Origin: Octopus vulgaris
Lineage: Eukaryota
DNA length: 64,000 bases
Assembly (NCBI GenBank): GCA_951406725.2
Contig: OX597817.1
Location: 83,824,001 to 83,888,000 of the forward strand
Direction of reading: 5' to 3'
A program made the position numbers and the translations under genes. Below are positions 52,281-64,000 of this stretch, one piece after another; the first letter of the stretch is position 1, and each line of letters opens with the position of its first letter. The notes beneath the pieces were generated by a model. It ran no database searches. It was not told the origin of the DNA and was given only the letters and a program-made list of their open reading frames with translations.

Positions 52281-52909
52281 CGTCATCAGAAAAGTAATTA
52301 CACAGTGATTGGTGTGTTAGAAACTTACAACCAACGACGCTATTGTTCATAAATACATGACATAGAAAACAAAAACAAAACTAAAAAACATGATGTTTTA
52401 ATTATGAGTATTTGATTAATTAGTCATTTATTGTATCTATGAATTAGTTAAGCACATGGGAGACAGCCTGTGAGAATATTTCAAAATTTAATGAAGAGAA
52501 AATAAATTTCAAAACTATAAACAAGCATTGAAATTCTCATCTGTTAATAAGGCTAATTACCACAAATGAAAACATATTAACACACTCGTTTCTGTAAGAA
52601 TTAAATTCCAGACAAATATTGTCGTGCATTTGTATCTAATGAGGCAAAACAAAAAGAAGAGCCAGATTAATCAACACTAATATTTTGTATTACTTCTAAA
52701 ACTGTCTCTACAATTTTCTCTCCAAGCTTCTAGAAATTAAAGAGAAACTATTAAATAAATGTTTTTTTAGCTTCTTTTGTATTTGTTTCTTGAAGCTGAA
52801 ATTTTAGCATTGATTGTTTTTTAAATACCTATTTCTTTGATTATGTTCAAGAGTTCTTTAACATGATTTATCTTTCTCTCACTCTCTTTCTCTCTATGTC
52901 TCTCTCTCT

Positions 52910-52949
<40 letters not shown>

Positions 52950-53070
52950 ACATATATATATACATATATATGCATATATGCATATATAGACACACCAGCA
53001 TCGGTTGTCAACCGATGTTGGGGGGACAAACACAGACACACAAACATATACACACACATATATATATATA

Positions 53071-54262
53071 TCTGACCCTACCTCCCAACCTGGCTCGTTC
53101 CCCTGCTCCCGCCCACGTTGCCGCACTTGCCCTTACCTCTCCAACACCACCCTCTTCACTGGCACCCATCATCGACCCTTTCGCATCATCAACTCCTTCA
53201 ACTGCACTTCCAGCAATATTATCTATTGCGTCTCTTGCTCTCTCTGCCATTCCCTGTACATCAGACAAACGGGACGCCGCTTGGCTGACCGGTTCGCGGA
53301 ACACCTTCGTGACATCCACCTTGCGAACGACACACTGGTCTCATGCTATTTCCGCTCCACCGGTCACTTGCAACACCTGTCTGTGTTCGGTTTGTCCTTA
53401 CACAGAGGCCATCCGGATTCCCGTTTGCGCCGTGAACAGGAATTAATCTTCTCTCTTCGCTCTTATATGCCATTTGGTCTCAACTCTCCCCCTCCTCATC
53501 TAACCTCCCCCCCGACCCCTACTTCTCTTCAGTCCTTCATCCTTTCACCCCTACTCCTCTTCCCTTCTTCCCTCTTTCTCCCTCCCTCCTTCTTCCCTCT
53601 TCCCCTTCCCTCTGCTCCCTCACTCCCCTTCTCTCTCTCTCCCTCTCCCTCTATTCTCCCTCCTCCTCTCCCCTCCTCTTCTCCTTTCCTTCCTTCTCCC
53701 CCTCCTCTTTTCCTCTCCTTCCTTCTCCCTCCTCCCCCTCCCCCTCCTCTTCTCCCCTTTCTTTCTCCCCCTCACTCCCTCCCCTCACCCCTCTTCTCCT
53801 CTCTCTACACTACACCATACGACTTTACACATCACATCATATATACATACACACGTTTAGACCTCTCATACGCACTAATACTCTCTCATACACACACACA
53901 CACACTCTTCTCATACACACACACACTCTTATGTTTGAGCGGGGTCATTCAACCCTATTATCTCCCCTAATTTCGCTCTTGCGTCTCATGTTTGATCTTT
54001 GACTTCTGGCCGAAATCTGATCGCCATGTTGATTCGCTAGCTTCTGCACGCATATTTTTTTCCTCTCCTTCTTTCTGTGTTTTTTTCTCTGTGTATCTTT
54101 CTGTTGAAGAGTGTAGGCTCGAAACATTAAAGACTTGTTTCATTTATATTTCCTGAGCGCCATACTAATACAATTGTTTGTTTGTATTCCACCTGCCTTT
54201 GTCTTTTGTTTATTTCCGTAAACCTGCCTTCGTCTTTTGTCTATTTTCATAAAGCTTCCCGT
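53071..54262 (+). mobile_element. Penelope-like element 3' part: GIY-YIG endonuclease, pyrimidine tract and terminal repeat
   Basis: PCSRPRCRTC...NCTSSNIIYCVSCSLC..LYIRQTGRRLADRFAEH...REQELIFSLRSYMPFGLN. A hammerhead-like motif lies at 54096-54133. The element splits a SINE A at its internal (TA)n (52989-53070 / 54263-54478). Confidence 0.9.
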
Positions 54263-54534
54263 TATATATATATATATATACATATATACGATGGGCTTCT
54301 TTCAGTTTCCGTCTACCAACTCCACTCACAAGGCTTTGGTCGGCCCGAGGCTATAGTAGAAGACACTTGCCCAAGGTGCCACGCAGTGGGACTGAACCCG
54401 GAACCATGTGGTTCATAAGCAAGCTACTTACCACACACCCACTCCTACGCCTACTTACCACACAGCCACTCCTACGCCTATATGTACATATATATATATA
54501 TATATACATGTATGTATATATATATGTATATATA

Positions 54535-54575
<41 letters not shown>

Positions 54576-54658
54576 TAGTTATATATATATTATATATTAG
54601 TTATTTCGATCTTGAAAGGATGGACTTGGTGCTAACTTAACTGTATCTATTTTTATTA

Positions 54659-54710
<52 letters not shown>

Positions 54711-55054
54711 AGTAATTTTTATTAACTTTTATAGCTTTAGAACTTTATGAACTGTACCACGGATTTAATTATTATTTTTCATCTCCATATGTGTTAGCCT
54801 TTTTTTTTTTTATAAAAAAAACTATTAGCCAAATATGTATAATATCGGTACTTATTAATATTAATATATACACTGTTATATATTTTGTTTTATTTTGTTC
54901 TGTTTACCTTCCTTTTTTGTGCAAATGTGTATTATATTATATAAGTGTAGCATTATGATGTATAAGTTTTTATATTTTACATTTTTATATTTTTATATTT
55001 ATATGTATATGATTATATAATATTTTTCACTATTATAACAAATTTAATTTAATT

Positions 55055-55162
55055 CTCTGAAGAGGCCGTGGGGCATCCTTGTTAATGCCTCATTTATACC
55101 TGCCCTTATGGCTTATAGGTTAAATGAGGTATGACTGTCCTCACTGCCGAAACAGCTGTCAG
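55055..55162 (+). ncRNA. Type I hammerhead motif with ~85-nt stem II and palindromic CAGCTG stem III
   Basis: CT-CTGAAGA-GGC.GTGGGG..ATGCCTCATTTA..TAAATGAGGTAT..CCTCAC.GCC-GAAA-CAGCTG-TC-AG. Stem I is only 2 bp. Confidence 0.65.
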
Positions 55163-55375
55163 TTTTGATTTATTTGCATATTATATTTGAAATTTTTTAA
55201 TTATATCTCTTTATCTTTTTACTATTACTGTATATCTCATTTCATTTTATATATTGCCTTTACTCATATGTAATGGTGTATTAAAGTATGGATTGAGTAT
55301 CATCGGATAGTTGATGTTTTACTGATTTAAGTATGTTTCTCCATTCTCTAATTTTGTAGTATATATATATATATA

Positions 55376-55599
55376 TTTCTTTACTACCCACAAGGGGCTA
55401 AACACAGAGGGGACAAACAAAGACAGACAAATGGATTAAGTCGATTATATCGACCTCAGTGCGTAACTGGTACTTATTTAATCAACCCCAAAAGGATGAA
55501 AGGCAAAGTCGACCTCGGCGGAATTTGAACTCAGAACATGGTGGCAGACGCAATACTGCTTAGCATTTCGCCTGGCGTGCTAACGTTTCTGCCAGCTCA
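55376..55599 (-). mobile_element. SINE family B
   Basis: Reverse complement of the 31788-32018 family. Confidence 0.85.
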
Positions 55600-55625
55600 T
55601 ATATATATATATACATATATGTATA

Positions 55626-55682
<57 letters not shown>

Positions 55683-56106
55683 ACCTCGTTTTGAGGAATG
55701 ATTAGTCAGATAAACAATTTACTGATCCTTCTCTTCCTGAAGCTCCTCCAACATTTACTAATTTAGAGTCCGAGTATTGAAAATCTGCTGCAGTAAATAA
55801 GACACTTAACTTTCTAACAGCCAGCTGCTACTTACAGCCAAATTAGTGATCCATTGGCTAAGTTTAATTCTGGTCAAACATATAACACCTTTGAAACTAT
55901 AGATAAATACTAGCCTAGCGGACTGTGAAAGTCTGTGAAAAGACATTTATGAGTTACTTATCTAATTATGTTGCTTCATACTTCAGTTGAAATGACTGAA
56001 CACTGCAGTTTAAATAAATTACTTTTTAACCGATATTAGTTCTCTTCATGTTTCTTTTGTTTATTTTGAGATGCTTTTGCCAAAGTTACTTCAGCTTCTA
56101 TTTACT

Positions 56107-56736
56107 GGCATTATCTTAAATTCATTCCTCCCACTTCTTTCTTTCCAACCAAACTACCAGATGTCCTTGTACATTACTGGCCATAATGGTCATCCATTCT
56201 TCCTTGGTTACATCCTTCTTTTCCATTTGGACCTAAATTGTTTGATTATGTTGTCTTCCCATCACCTCAGGCATCTTTCAAGTAGTCTCTTCTAATCTTT
56301 TGAATATCACTCAGCAACTGCAAAACTCTACCTGTTGTCTGTATCCTGTGCTTTTGGTATTCTATAATCACATTATTCACTCCACTCCAATCTCAAATTA
56401 TCATATTTTGGCTATATTCGACAATGATATTCCTAGCATGGATTTTTCCATAGCTATTTGTGCTGTGACCAGTTACTGTTTTTCCTTCTTTGTAGTAGCA
56501 GACAACAGGTAGAGTTTAACAGGTGTTGAGTGATATTGAAAAGATTAGAAGAGACTACTTGAAAGATGCCTGGGGCGATGTGAAGACAACATAATCAAAC
56601 AATTTAGGTCCAAATGGAAAAGAAGGATGCAACCAAGGAAGAATGGATGCTCATTATGGCCACTAATGTACAAAGACATCTGGTAGTTTGGTTGGAAAGA
56701 AAGAAGTGGGAAGAATGAATTTAAGAAGATAATGCA
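56107..56736. repeat. Inverted repeat with ~235-bp arms and a ~157-bp spacer
   Basis: 56107-56341 is the approximate reverse complement of 56499-56736 (e.g. CCAACCAAACTACCAGATGTC / GACATCTGGTAGTTTGGTTGG). Confidence 0.9.
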
Positions 56737-56907
56737 TGTAGGAGTGCAAGTATTTAAATGAATAAATACAATTTCATCACTCTGTTATTTACTTTTATCT
56801 CAGTAGTTAAATTCTTTCTCCCAGATTCCACACATTTCCACACATTTCTCTAAAGTACTGTTTTCTTTTCTTTTTTTCTTCAGAAGTACAACTCTTCTTA
56901 CAAATAC

Positions 56908-57122
56908 TATGGGGGTGCGGAAAGGTTTCTGACTTTAAGGGTATTGCAAAAGGTCTTGCTGGAAGCCCAAACTTCTGAGTTCTTTTACAAAGCTCAGCAA
57001 AACTGAAGGATGCTGCAATAAGTGTGTGAATCTGAGAGGGGAATATGTTGAATAAAATCATAATTAACTGGTCCTCCTGTATTTTCTTCTATCCAAAGCC
57101 AGGAACTTTCCCGCACCCTTTC
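56908..57122 (+). mobile_element. Short mariner deletion derivative
   Basis: TIRs GGGGTGCGGAAAGGTTTCTGACTTT / AAAGCCAGGAACTTTCCCGCACCC. It retains the transposase end NKCVNLRGEYVE*. Confidence 0.7.
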
Positions 57123-57742
57123 ATTTATTTTCTTCCAAATACCTCATTTTCTCCCAACTACCATTTATTTCTACCAAGTACCATACATTTTGTCAAGCAT
57201 TGTAATTCCTTCCAAACACCACTCTTTATACTCAACTTCTGTTGATTTTCTTAGATTAGACAACCTCAGCCTACTTACTTTCATTCCAATTCCATTCCTC
57301 CAATTTTGCATTGTAAATTTTATGATGTCTCTTATATGTTATAACTTAGCCATAGTAGTACGACTACTCCTAAGTTACCAAAAATTCTGATGCCAGTCTG
57401 ATTGAATTTGCTTATCAAATTCAACTGTTAAACCACTCCTTTTCATTGTTGCACACATTTTGTGTGTGTGTGTGTGCGTGTGCATGTGAGCAGTCAATCA
57501 ATCAATCAATTGTCCCAGAAATTTATTTCATCATTTGTTAGTTCAATATTATTAGATTGGCAAAATGGATAGAATGGTAGCCACAATGCATTTTAGCTGC
57601 TCATTACAATCTTAGTTCATATCTTTCCTCTTGGGATCAATACATTAAGCACCAGTTAACTACTGGGGTCAATATGATCAACTATTATTATTCTTTCTCA
57701 TAATGTCTAGGTTTATATCTGGCTTAGAAATTAATAGTATTC

Positions 57743-57938
57743 AAGTGCAACCAATGTGCACCACTTATGCACAAATATATTTTATTACTTTTTTAATAGT
57801 GACTTTGCTGCAATGCTACAAATGAACACCACTTATACACAAATATATTTTATTCTATAATAGTGATTGTTGAAGTGCAACAAATGTGCACTACTTATGC
57901 ATAAATGTATTATATCACTACTATAATAGTAACTTTTT
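57743..57938. repeat. Minisatellite, 3 diverged units of about 62-69 bp
   Basis: AATGTGCACCACTTATGCACAAATATATT...TAATAGTGA is repeated. Confidence 0.75.
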
Positions 57939-58243
57939 GTCAATATTCTTCACTGGAACTACATCCCTACTGCTGAGAAATTTGTGTATTACTATTTTCC
58001 ATTCTGTAATCTGAAAAGAGATTCTGTTTGTAATCTTTTTAAACTTTCTCCAGTCGTGGTATATAAATATCTAAATATAAAGCAGTTAGTGTTTACTTGT
58101 ATTAAGAGGAGAAATTTAGAACTTGTATATAACACAAGGAATGGCATATGAACTAACAGCTGTGAATAAATGAGGTAGGAGATAACAGAATTTTCTAAAG
58201 GTTACGTGCAAGCTAATGTAAAAATGAAAACATTCAGACATTA

Positions 58244-59315
58244 CAAGGGTCAGCTGAAAAGTTCATAGGCTGACCAAGGTGCTCTCATGGAATATGATCA
58301 AATTAGGTTTATTTTTCAATATAGTCCCCCGCTTACAGTCCACACATTTCTGCCATCAGTATTGCAGTGCTTGCATCCCATTGGTGAAGAAACTTTCATC
58401 CTGTTGGTCAAAAAGTCATCAGCAACAGATATGATGTCATTGCCACTGTGATACTTATTCCCAGCCAAATGTTTTTTCATGTTGGGGAACAGATGGTAGT
58501 CAGATGAGGCCTAATCAGGAGAATAGGGAGGCTGATCAACCAGTTCAAAGCCACAGTCACACACTGCAGCCATTGAAAGCAAGGACTTGTGTGCTTAGAG
58601 CAGGTGAGGAGGGGTGTTTCTACTGCATGGATTATTTCTTTGTCTCTAGTTCAAATTGATGAAGCCAGCACCTAACTTGGGTTAGTGAAAGATCAAGAAA
58701 AGATCAAGGCTGGATCTCTCTCAAACAATGTCAGATTTTCCTATGATGTGATCAGCCTGGTGTGCTTTTGATCAGATATCAGAAGTGGCACCCAGTGAGC
58801 AGAAACCTTCATCATTGTGCAGAATATTCTCAACTCTCTCGCAGGATATGCTAACATTGGCTATTTCATTTATAGTCAATCACCTGTCATCCATCACCAT
58901 GTAGTGAACATGATCAATGTTTTCTTCGGAGGCAACAGTTGCTGGATGTCCAAACCATGGACCATCTTCAAGACTCTCTTCATCTCCTAAATTCAGCTAC
59001 CCATGTTTGCACTGCTGATAAAGCTGGAACATCATCACCTAATGTAGCCACTATGTCAACATGAATGTCATTGGGAGCTAAACCCCTTTTTTTCTGTAGG
59101 TACTTGATAATACCACAATTCCAGATTTTGTTGATTTTCAAGAGAAGTCACTACTAGTTACTTTCAAAGTCTTCTTTGAACAATCAGATGTCAGTTTACC
59201 TAGAAAGAAACAATGTAGCTAATAATAATAAGAGTTGAAATTAATGCATGCAGGAGTTCACAGCTCTAGCATCACTTCTCCATAGCCAGCCTATGAACTT
59301 TTCAGCCCACCCTCA
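58244..59315 (-). mobile_element. Decayed mariner ending ~90 bp upstream of exon C
   Basis: TIRs AGGGTCAGCTGAAAAGTTCATAGGCTG / CAGCCTATGAACTTTTCAGCCCACCCT. A minus-strand PPYSPD remnant lies near 58515-58531. Confidence 0.75.
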
Positions 59316-59405
59316 GATGCATAATGATAATGTCTGAAACCAATTTTAAAATGGGGACTTTGTTTTATTTTTCGCAAAAAAAGTTAACATTTTTTTTTTC
59401 CTTAG

Positions 59406-59634
59406 AGGCAATCCTACTATGCAAGCAAATTGTGTGATGGCACTCTCTGGTGTGGTTTGTGCAGTAAACAAGTTCAGATCTGGGCAAGATTCATCATCAC
59501 TTGGAGAAGAGGAATCTGGTTCTGCTCACATGAAACACAAGCAATGGTTCATGCTAGTCACTGACACCTTACTCTCTTTATGGAATGTCAAATATAAAAC
59601 CAGTGGAAATAATTTACTAGGACTTTGCCAGCAG
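59406..59634 (+). CDS. FOCAD: Focadhesin coding exon C (229 nt, phase 2 to 0)
   Basis: Acceptor T-tract+CCTTAG and donor CAG|GTATAA. Encodes (R)GNPTMQANCVMALSGVVCAV...KQWFMLVTDTLLSLWNVKYKTSGNNLLGLCQQ, aligning to recalled FOCAD SPVVKGNALLALSSL...KEWVSMVLDTLL. Confidence 0.9.
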
Positions 59635-59688
59635 GTATAACTCTTAATTACATTTTTATTTATACTCATTTCTGTTTGACAATAACCT

Positions 59689-60122
59689 TTAACCCTGTTG
59701 TTACCATATTTCTGTTGAAATAACCTGCTTTTGTTTCATCTGACGAATATAACAAAATAACTTCATTGTTATGTAGCTAATGTTTAGAACATAAATTTAC
59801 AAGAAATTTTAATTTTAATTCAGGTCACTATAACACTTTAGCATTTAAACCCACTAATATCTGGCCAAAATATTATATTTGTTTTATGTTCAAACCAGCC
59901 AGACATAGAACCCTTTTGTTACCATATTTCTGTTGAAATAACCTGATTTTATTTCACCTGACATATTTATCAAAATAACCTTGTTGTTACTAAGCAGGTG
60001 TTTGGAAAGAAAATTTACAAGAAATTTTAATACAAGATTTTAATTTAGGTCACTTTAACACTTTAGCATTTAAACCTACTGGCCAAAATATTCTATTTGT
60101 TTTATGTTCAAACCAGCCAGAC
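59689..60122. repeat. Tandem duplication (~220 bp x2) of piggyBac-MITE-derived sequence
   Basis: AACCCT.TTGTTACCATATTTCTGTTGAAATAACCTG...GTTCAAACCAGCCAGAC occurs twice. Confidence 0.7.
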
Positions 60123-60989
60123 TCATTAATATCCTATAATGTCAACTTAAGAAGAAATCATCACATAATCAAAATTTCAGAGCTATGAGATAATGCATTA
60201 TTGAAAACAATGTTAATGAGTAAGCATTACAGTTGACTGACTAATCTGCATGCTAAAAGTATCATAGAACCAGAGGTAATCTCAGGTGGGTTGATATCAA
60301 AATTGTACTTCTATTGCAAAATAATGGTGACCTACTAGAAAGCTTAATTTTTCAATGCAGTTTCACTTTTCAGTTTAACAAAGCTTCCTTTTTGGTTGTG
60401 ATGGTTACATCGTTCATTCACAATGTCTCTATCAACCGAAATTTTATCAAGTGACAACAGTACATTAGTTATTCATATATTTGTTGCATGTTTCAGAATT
60501 GCTGTAAAAAAAAGTAGAATGCACACAACACATTGCTAACTTCCTATGAGGTGTCTTTCATTAATTCTGATTGCTATCTCGATTAATTGCCCTTGATTTG
60601 TCACACAAGAGGCATACTTGAAAGTTTTGTTATAGAAATGACATTAAGTGAAATGATATAAAGTATTTTGATTGCTAATTAATATGAGGGCTTCATATCT
60701 GTTACAGCTGAGAAATATTTGCATATGACAATTCCTTTAATTGATTGGAAATAGCTACCAGATCTCTTGAGAGCATTTACATCCACTTGAAAAAAATAAA
60801 GGGAAAATAAACCACATCAGAGAATTATTTCTAAGGAAATTCTGCAGATTATGGGAAAATGTCTTTGCTTCAATACATTCGCTAATAATTAAATATTTAA
60901 GGTTTTGGAAAACTAGAATTAATTTTGCTCTGCTTTTACTGGTTTCTGCTAGAGGCTGTAACCATTGTAGGGCACTACCATTAGTATGA

Positions 60990-61525
60990 CTGCTAGTTAT
61001 TTCAACTCACTTCCTTGACTCCATCTCTGGATTTGGTTCTGGTGAAGTACTGAGCTGGACAAAACTGCCCTTTATGTTTCTTCATCTGGTATCTGCTCTG
61101 TGAATGCATCCACATCTACACCTTGTAGCTTTCTGAAGTTTTGGGGGTAAGAAGCATTTAAAAAGCTGTAGACCCATAAACCTTAAGCTTTTACAGTATT
61201 AGGTGCTTACTCTAGGTGAAGAGGATTGGTCTTTGGTATTATGCAGTGGTGTCCATTTTGGAGGTTAGTGTAGCTTTCAGTCTCAAAGTTACATGCTAGA
61301 CCTTCTAGAATTTCCCCTATCACTGACCATCTTTCACATCTATCTAGGAAGAAGAACTTCAGTACTTATAGCCTCTCCTTGTAGCTTATCTAATGTACCA
61401 AGGCAATCTTCTTAATGTTGTGGTGTTGGATTGATTCAAGCCCTGCTGTTAGTTTGAACATTATGTGGTGACCATAACTGGGAGCATTAATCCAGGCAAC
61501 TGAGAATAAATGTTCTCCATAGGAT
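60990..61525 (-). pseudogene. Ancient CR1-group LINE ORF2 C-terminal remnant
   Basis: The minus strand gives LWRTFILSCLD*CSQLWSPH...LESIQ...ISYKERL...ILEGL across frameshifts. Confidence 0.55.
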
Positions 61526-62184
61526 CATCAAGATTTCCTTTTTACTTCTGGATGATCTCAGAATTCAACCAGCTTTATAAATAGCACACATTACTTTATA
61601 TGCCAAACAAACTCTACGTGGCTGCTCCACCTGCTAGAAATAGAAGTTAAATCTCACTCAAGTTGCACTCTACCATCTTCAAAATAGGACACACTGGATA
61701 AAGTAATCCTCAATATACTGCCTGAAAATGAAACAAATGTTTTTTAAAATAGGATAGTCATGGTTGAAATGCTTTTCATCATACATCTACCTTATCATGA
61801 CAGATGTACAAGGAGAATTCACTGAACTAAAGAAGATCATGTAAGGGATTAGAAAGTGCATTTGTTCTGCTTGTTTTAACTGAAGCACAGCTGTCACTTG
61901 ATAAAGTACAACAACAAATGGCTTTACTTGCCTTAATATATCCCAGAGAAGTATGAGTCACCTGGGTATGACTTTAAACTGCATTCACCAGTGGTTTGGA
62001 TGTTGCAGGGTTTTGAGGAGTGTGGAACAACCTCTTAGTAACTGTTGTTCTCAGCTCTACTCTGACTGAGAGTAGCACCTTTCAGGGTCCCAGAGTATGT
62101 TGAAATCATGGAATGCAACATAGTGGATGTAAACTATTTCAGCAAATGAATATAATTGAATTAATGGTGGGTGTTACTAAATGC

Positions 62185-62643
62185 AAATTGGTGAATGCAA
62201 TTGTCTTCCCAATAGCAACATATGGATGTGAGACCTGGACACTAAAGAAAGCTGACCAGAAGAGAATTAATGCATTCGAGCTTTGGTGTTGGAGAAGACT
62301 TTTACGGATCCCATGGACAGCGAGGCTCACCAATGGAGAAGTTCTTAACCAGATCAAGCTGAAACTGTCACTAGAAGCTAGGATCACCAAGCATAGATTG
62401 ACATATTTTGGTCATATTATGTAGAGAAAATCCCTGGAGAAGGACATCATGCTCGGAATGGTCAGTGGTAAGAGAGGAAGAGGCCGACCAAGAACCCGCT
62501 GGCTTGACACCATCAAGAGTGACACAGGAGTGGACATAACCAATCTGAAAGAAGCGACCCAGGATAGAACTGGCTAGAGGACACTGATCCATCGAGTAAC
62601 CGAGAGTCGACTTCGACTCAGCGGATAGATAGATAGATAGATA
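62185..62643 (+). mobile_element. 5'-truncated RTE (BovB-like) insertion with 12-bp TSD and (ATAG)n tail
   Basis: VFPIATYGCETWTLKKA...FELWCWRRLLRIPWTAR...YFGHIM...GKRGRGRPRTRWLD. GTTACTAAATGC lies at 62173-62184 and 62644-62655. Confidence 0.9.
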
Positions 62644-63813
62644 GTTACTAAATGCTGAGTGGATACACAGACATTAAAGTGTCAATGACCAGGATCATCT
62701 AGTTCAATTAGCAAACTACTGTAATCACCTGTAGTTGTGGCATGTGCAGCTGATTGTATTTCAGCTTGTGAAAGACCACTGTGACTAAAACACAAGCCAG
62801 ATATTCATGCAGTATGACTCAATTGGAACATCTGAGTGAAAGAGTTATGTTGGTCTATGCAAGTCAGCTAACCAGATGATGAGTATGGGTGTCCCATTTC
62901 ACAACTGAGTATTGTGGGAAAGAAAAGAAACTCTCATAATACATTGAAGTATGGGTTTAGAAAGATCCATGTTGAAGTTATGCTAGCATGAAAAATGTAC
63001 ACAAATAAATATAAAAAAATTACTTCAGCATTGTTAGAGTATCAGAGAAAATATTTTGTATTTTTCTGGTTATTTATATTCTGAGATCAAATCTTGGTAA
63101 GGTCAACTTTAGTTTTCATCTTTTCAAAGTTGATAAAATGAAGTACTGGTGTCTATGATATCTATTATATTCTTCCACTAACAATTGTTGGCCTTCTCTT
63201 GAAATAATAACTAATGAAAGTTTATAAGCTGCTAGAATTGTTAGAGCATTGAAAAAAATTTTGCATTACTTGTTCAAACCTCACCAATCAACCTTTGCTT
63301 CTCATCCTTGTGCAGTTGATAAAATAAAGTGCCTGTAAAATGGTGGCATCATCAGAGGGTCATTTCGAAATTGCTTGCCTTGTCTCTGAATCAGAAACAA
63401 TGAAAGGCAATACGATAGTAAAATTGTTAGACCATCAGCAAAATGCTTTGCGGTATTTTGCCCAATTCTTTTGAATTTGAGACTAATTCCAGCTTTGTTT
63501 TTCACCTCTTTAGGTGTTGATAAAAGCACTAAGGCTGATAGGAATGGTCAGCCCCTTCACCTCAGAATTGTTGCTCTTGGGCCTAAATCCTCATTATCAT
63601 TGCTGTTGTTATTGTTGTTTGAATGCTTCATGATATAATATATAAAGTGATTTGATCAGTGAGATAATTACTTTTAGATATGGGAAAATTACCAACTGTT
63701 AATTCATTTTTGGAAAATCTTCGAACATATTTTTGCATCAAAATAAAATTTTTACCAAAAAAAATGTCATCACTGTAATTTAAACATAGTTCCTTTGTTT
63801 GATTGGTTTTCAG

Positions 63814-64000
63814 CGCAGTCAAACTGACCGGGCTCCAGCAAGTATGCTATGCCAGGCTTCTGCCTGTCTGGCACTTCCAAGATTAGTGAGCAGCCAACTC
63901 TCTCCAGAGACATGTGGCAGATTGTTTGAAGTCCTGTCTATGATGACGTTATCACTACCTGGAAAAAGCAACCAACCAGAATCTCCAGTCCTTATATTCC
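63814..64000 (+). CDS. FOCAD: Focadhesin coding exon D (runs off the window end)
   Basis: Acceptor GGTTTTCAG ends at 63813. The frame is open: RSQTDRAPASMLCQASACLALPRLVSSQLSPETCGRLFEVLSMMTLSLPGKSNQPESPVLIF, resembling recalled FOCAD TASAIARSAAATALSLL...LNMLTARLPGK. It is not in the ORF track because there is no stop in the window. Confidence 0.88.

Noticed and set aside
53005-53970. 321-aa ORF as a host gene
   Set aside because: It is a chimera of SINE sequence, a Penelope GIY-YIG fragment and a low-complexity CT tract.

Overview
AT-rich eukaryotic DNA full of (TA)n/(CA)n microsatellites. The repeat families (tRNA-derived SINEs, RTE tails ending in (GAT)n) suggest an octopod cephalopod such as Octopus; this is an inference. 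The whole window lies inside one + strand host gene, focadhesin (FOCAD/KIAA1797). Four coding exons (13390-13478, 22226-22267, 59406-59634, 63814->64000) have canonical AG/GT sites and splice in frame to GRHAEIDLQL...SAWLWVRDTLTGVIKVTSRGNPTMQANCVMAL...LCQQRSQTDRAPASML...LPGK, across introns of 8.7, 37.1 and 4.2 kb. Nearly all other ORFs in the track are artefacts or transposon relics. These include mariner, Tc1 and piggyBac derivatives, Helitron-like elements, RTE/CR1-type LINEs, SINEs and two Penelope-like (GIY-YIG) fragments. The strongest unexplained signal is about 20 type I hammerhead-ribozyme motifs read by eye, many in the sense of the FOCAD pre-mRNA. They usually sit in fold-back units inserted into (TA)n, with a hotspot at 32.0-36.5 kb that includes a young ~560-bp tandem retrozyme-like unit. 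Repeat coordinates are approximate. No databases or folding programs were run.
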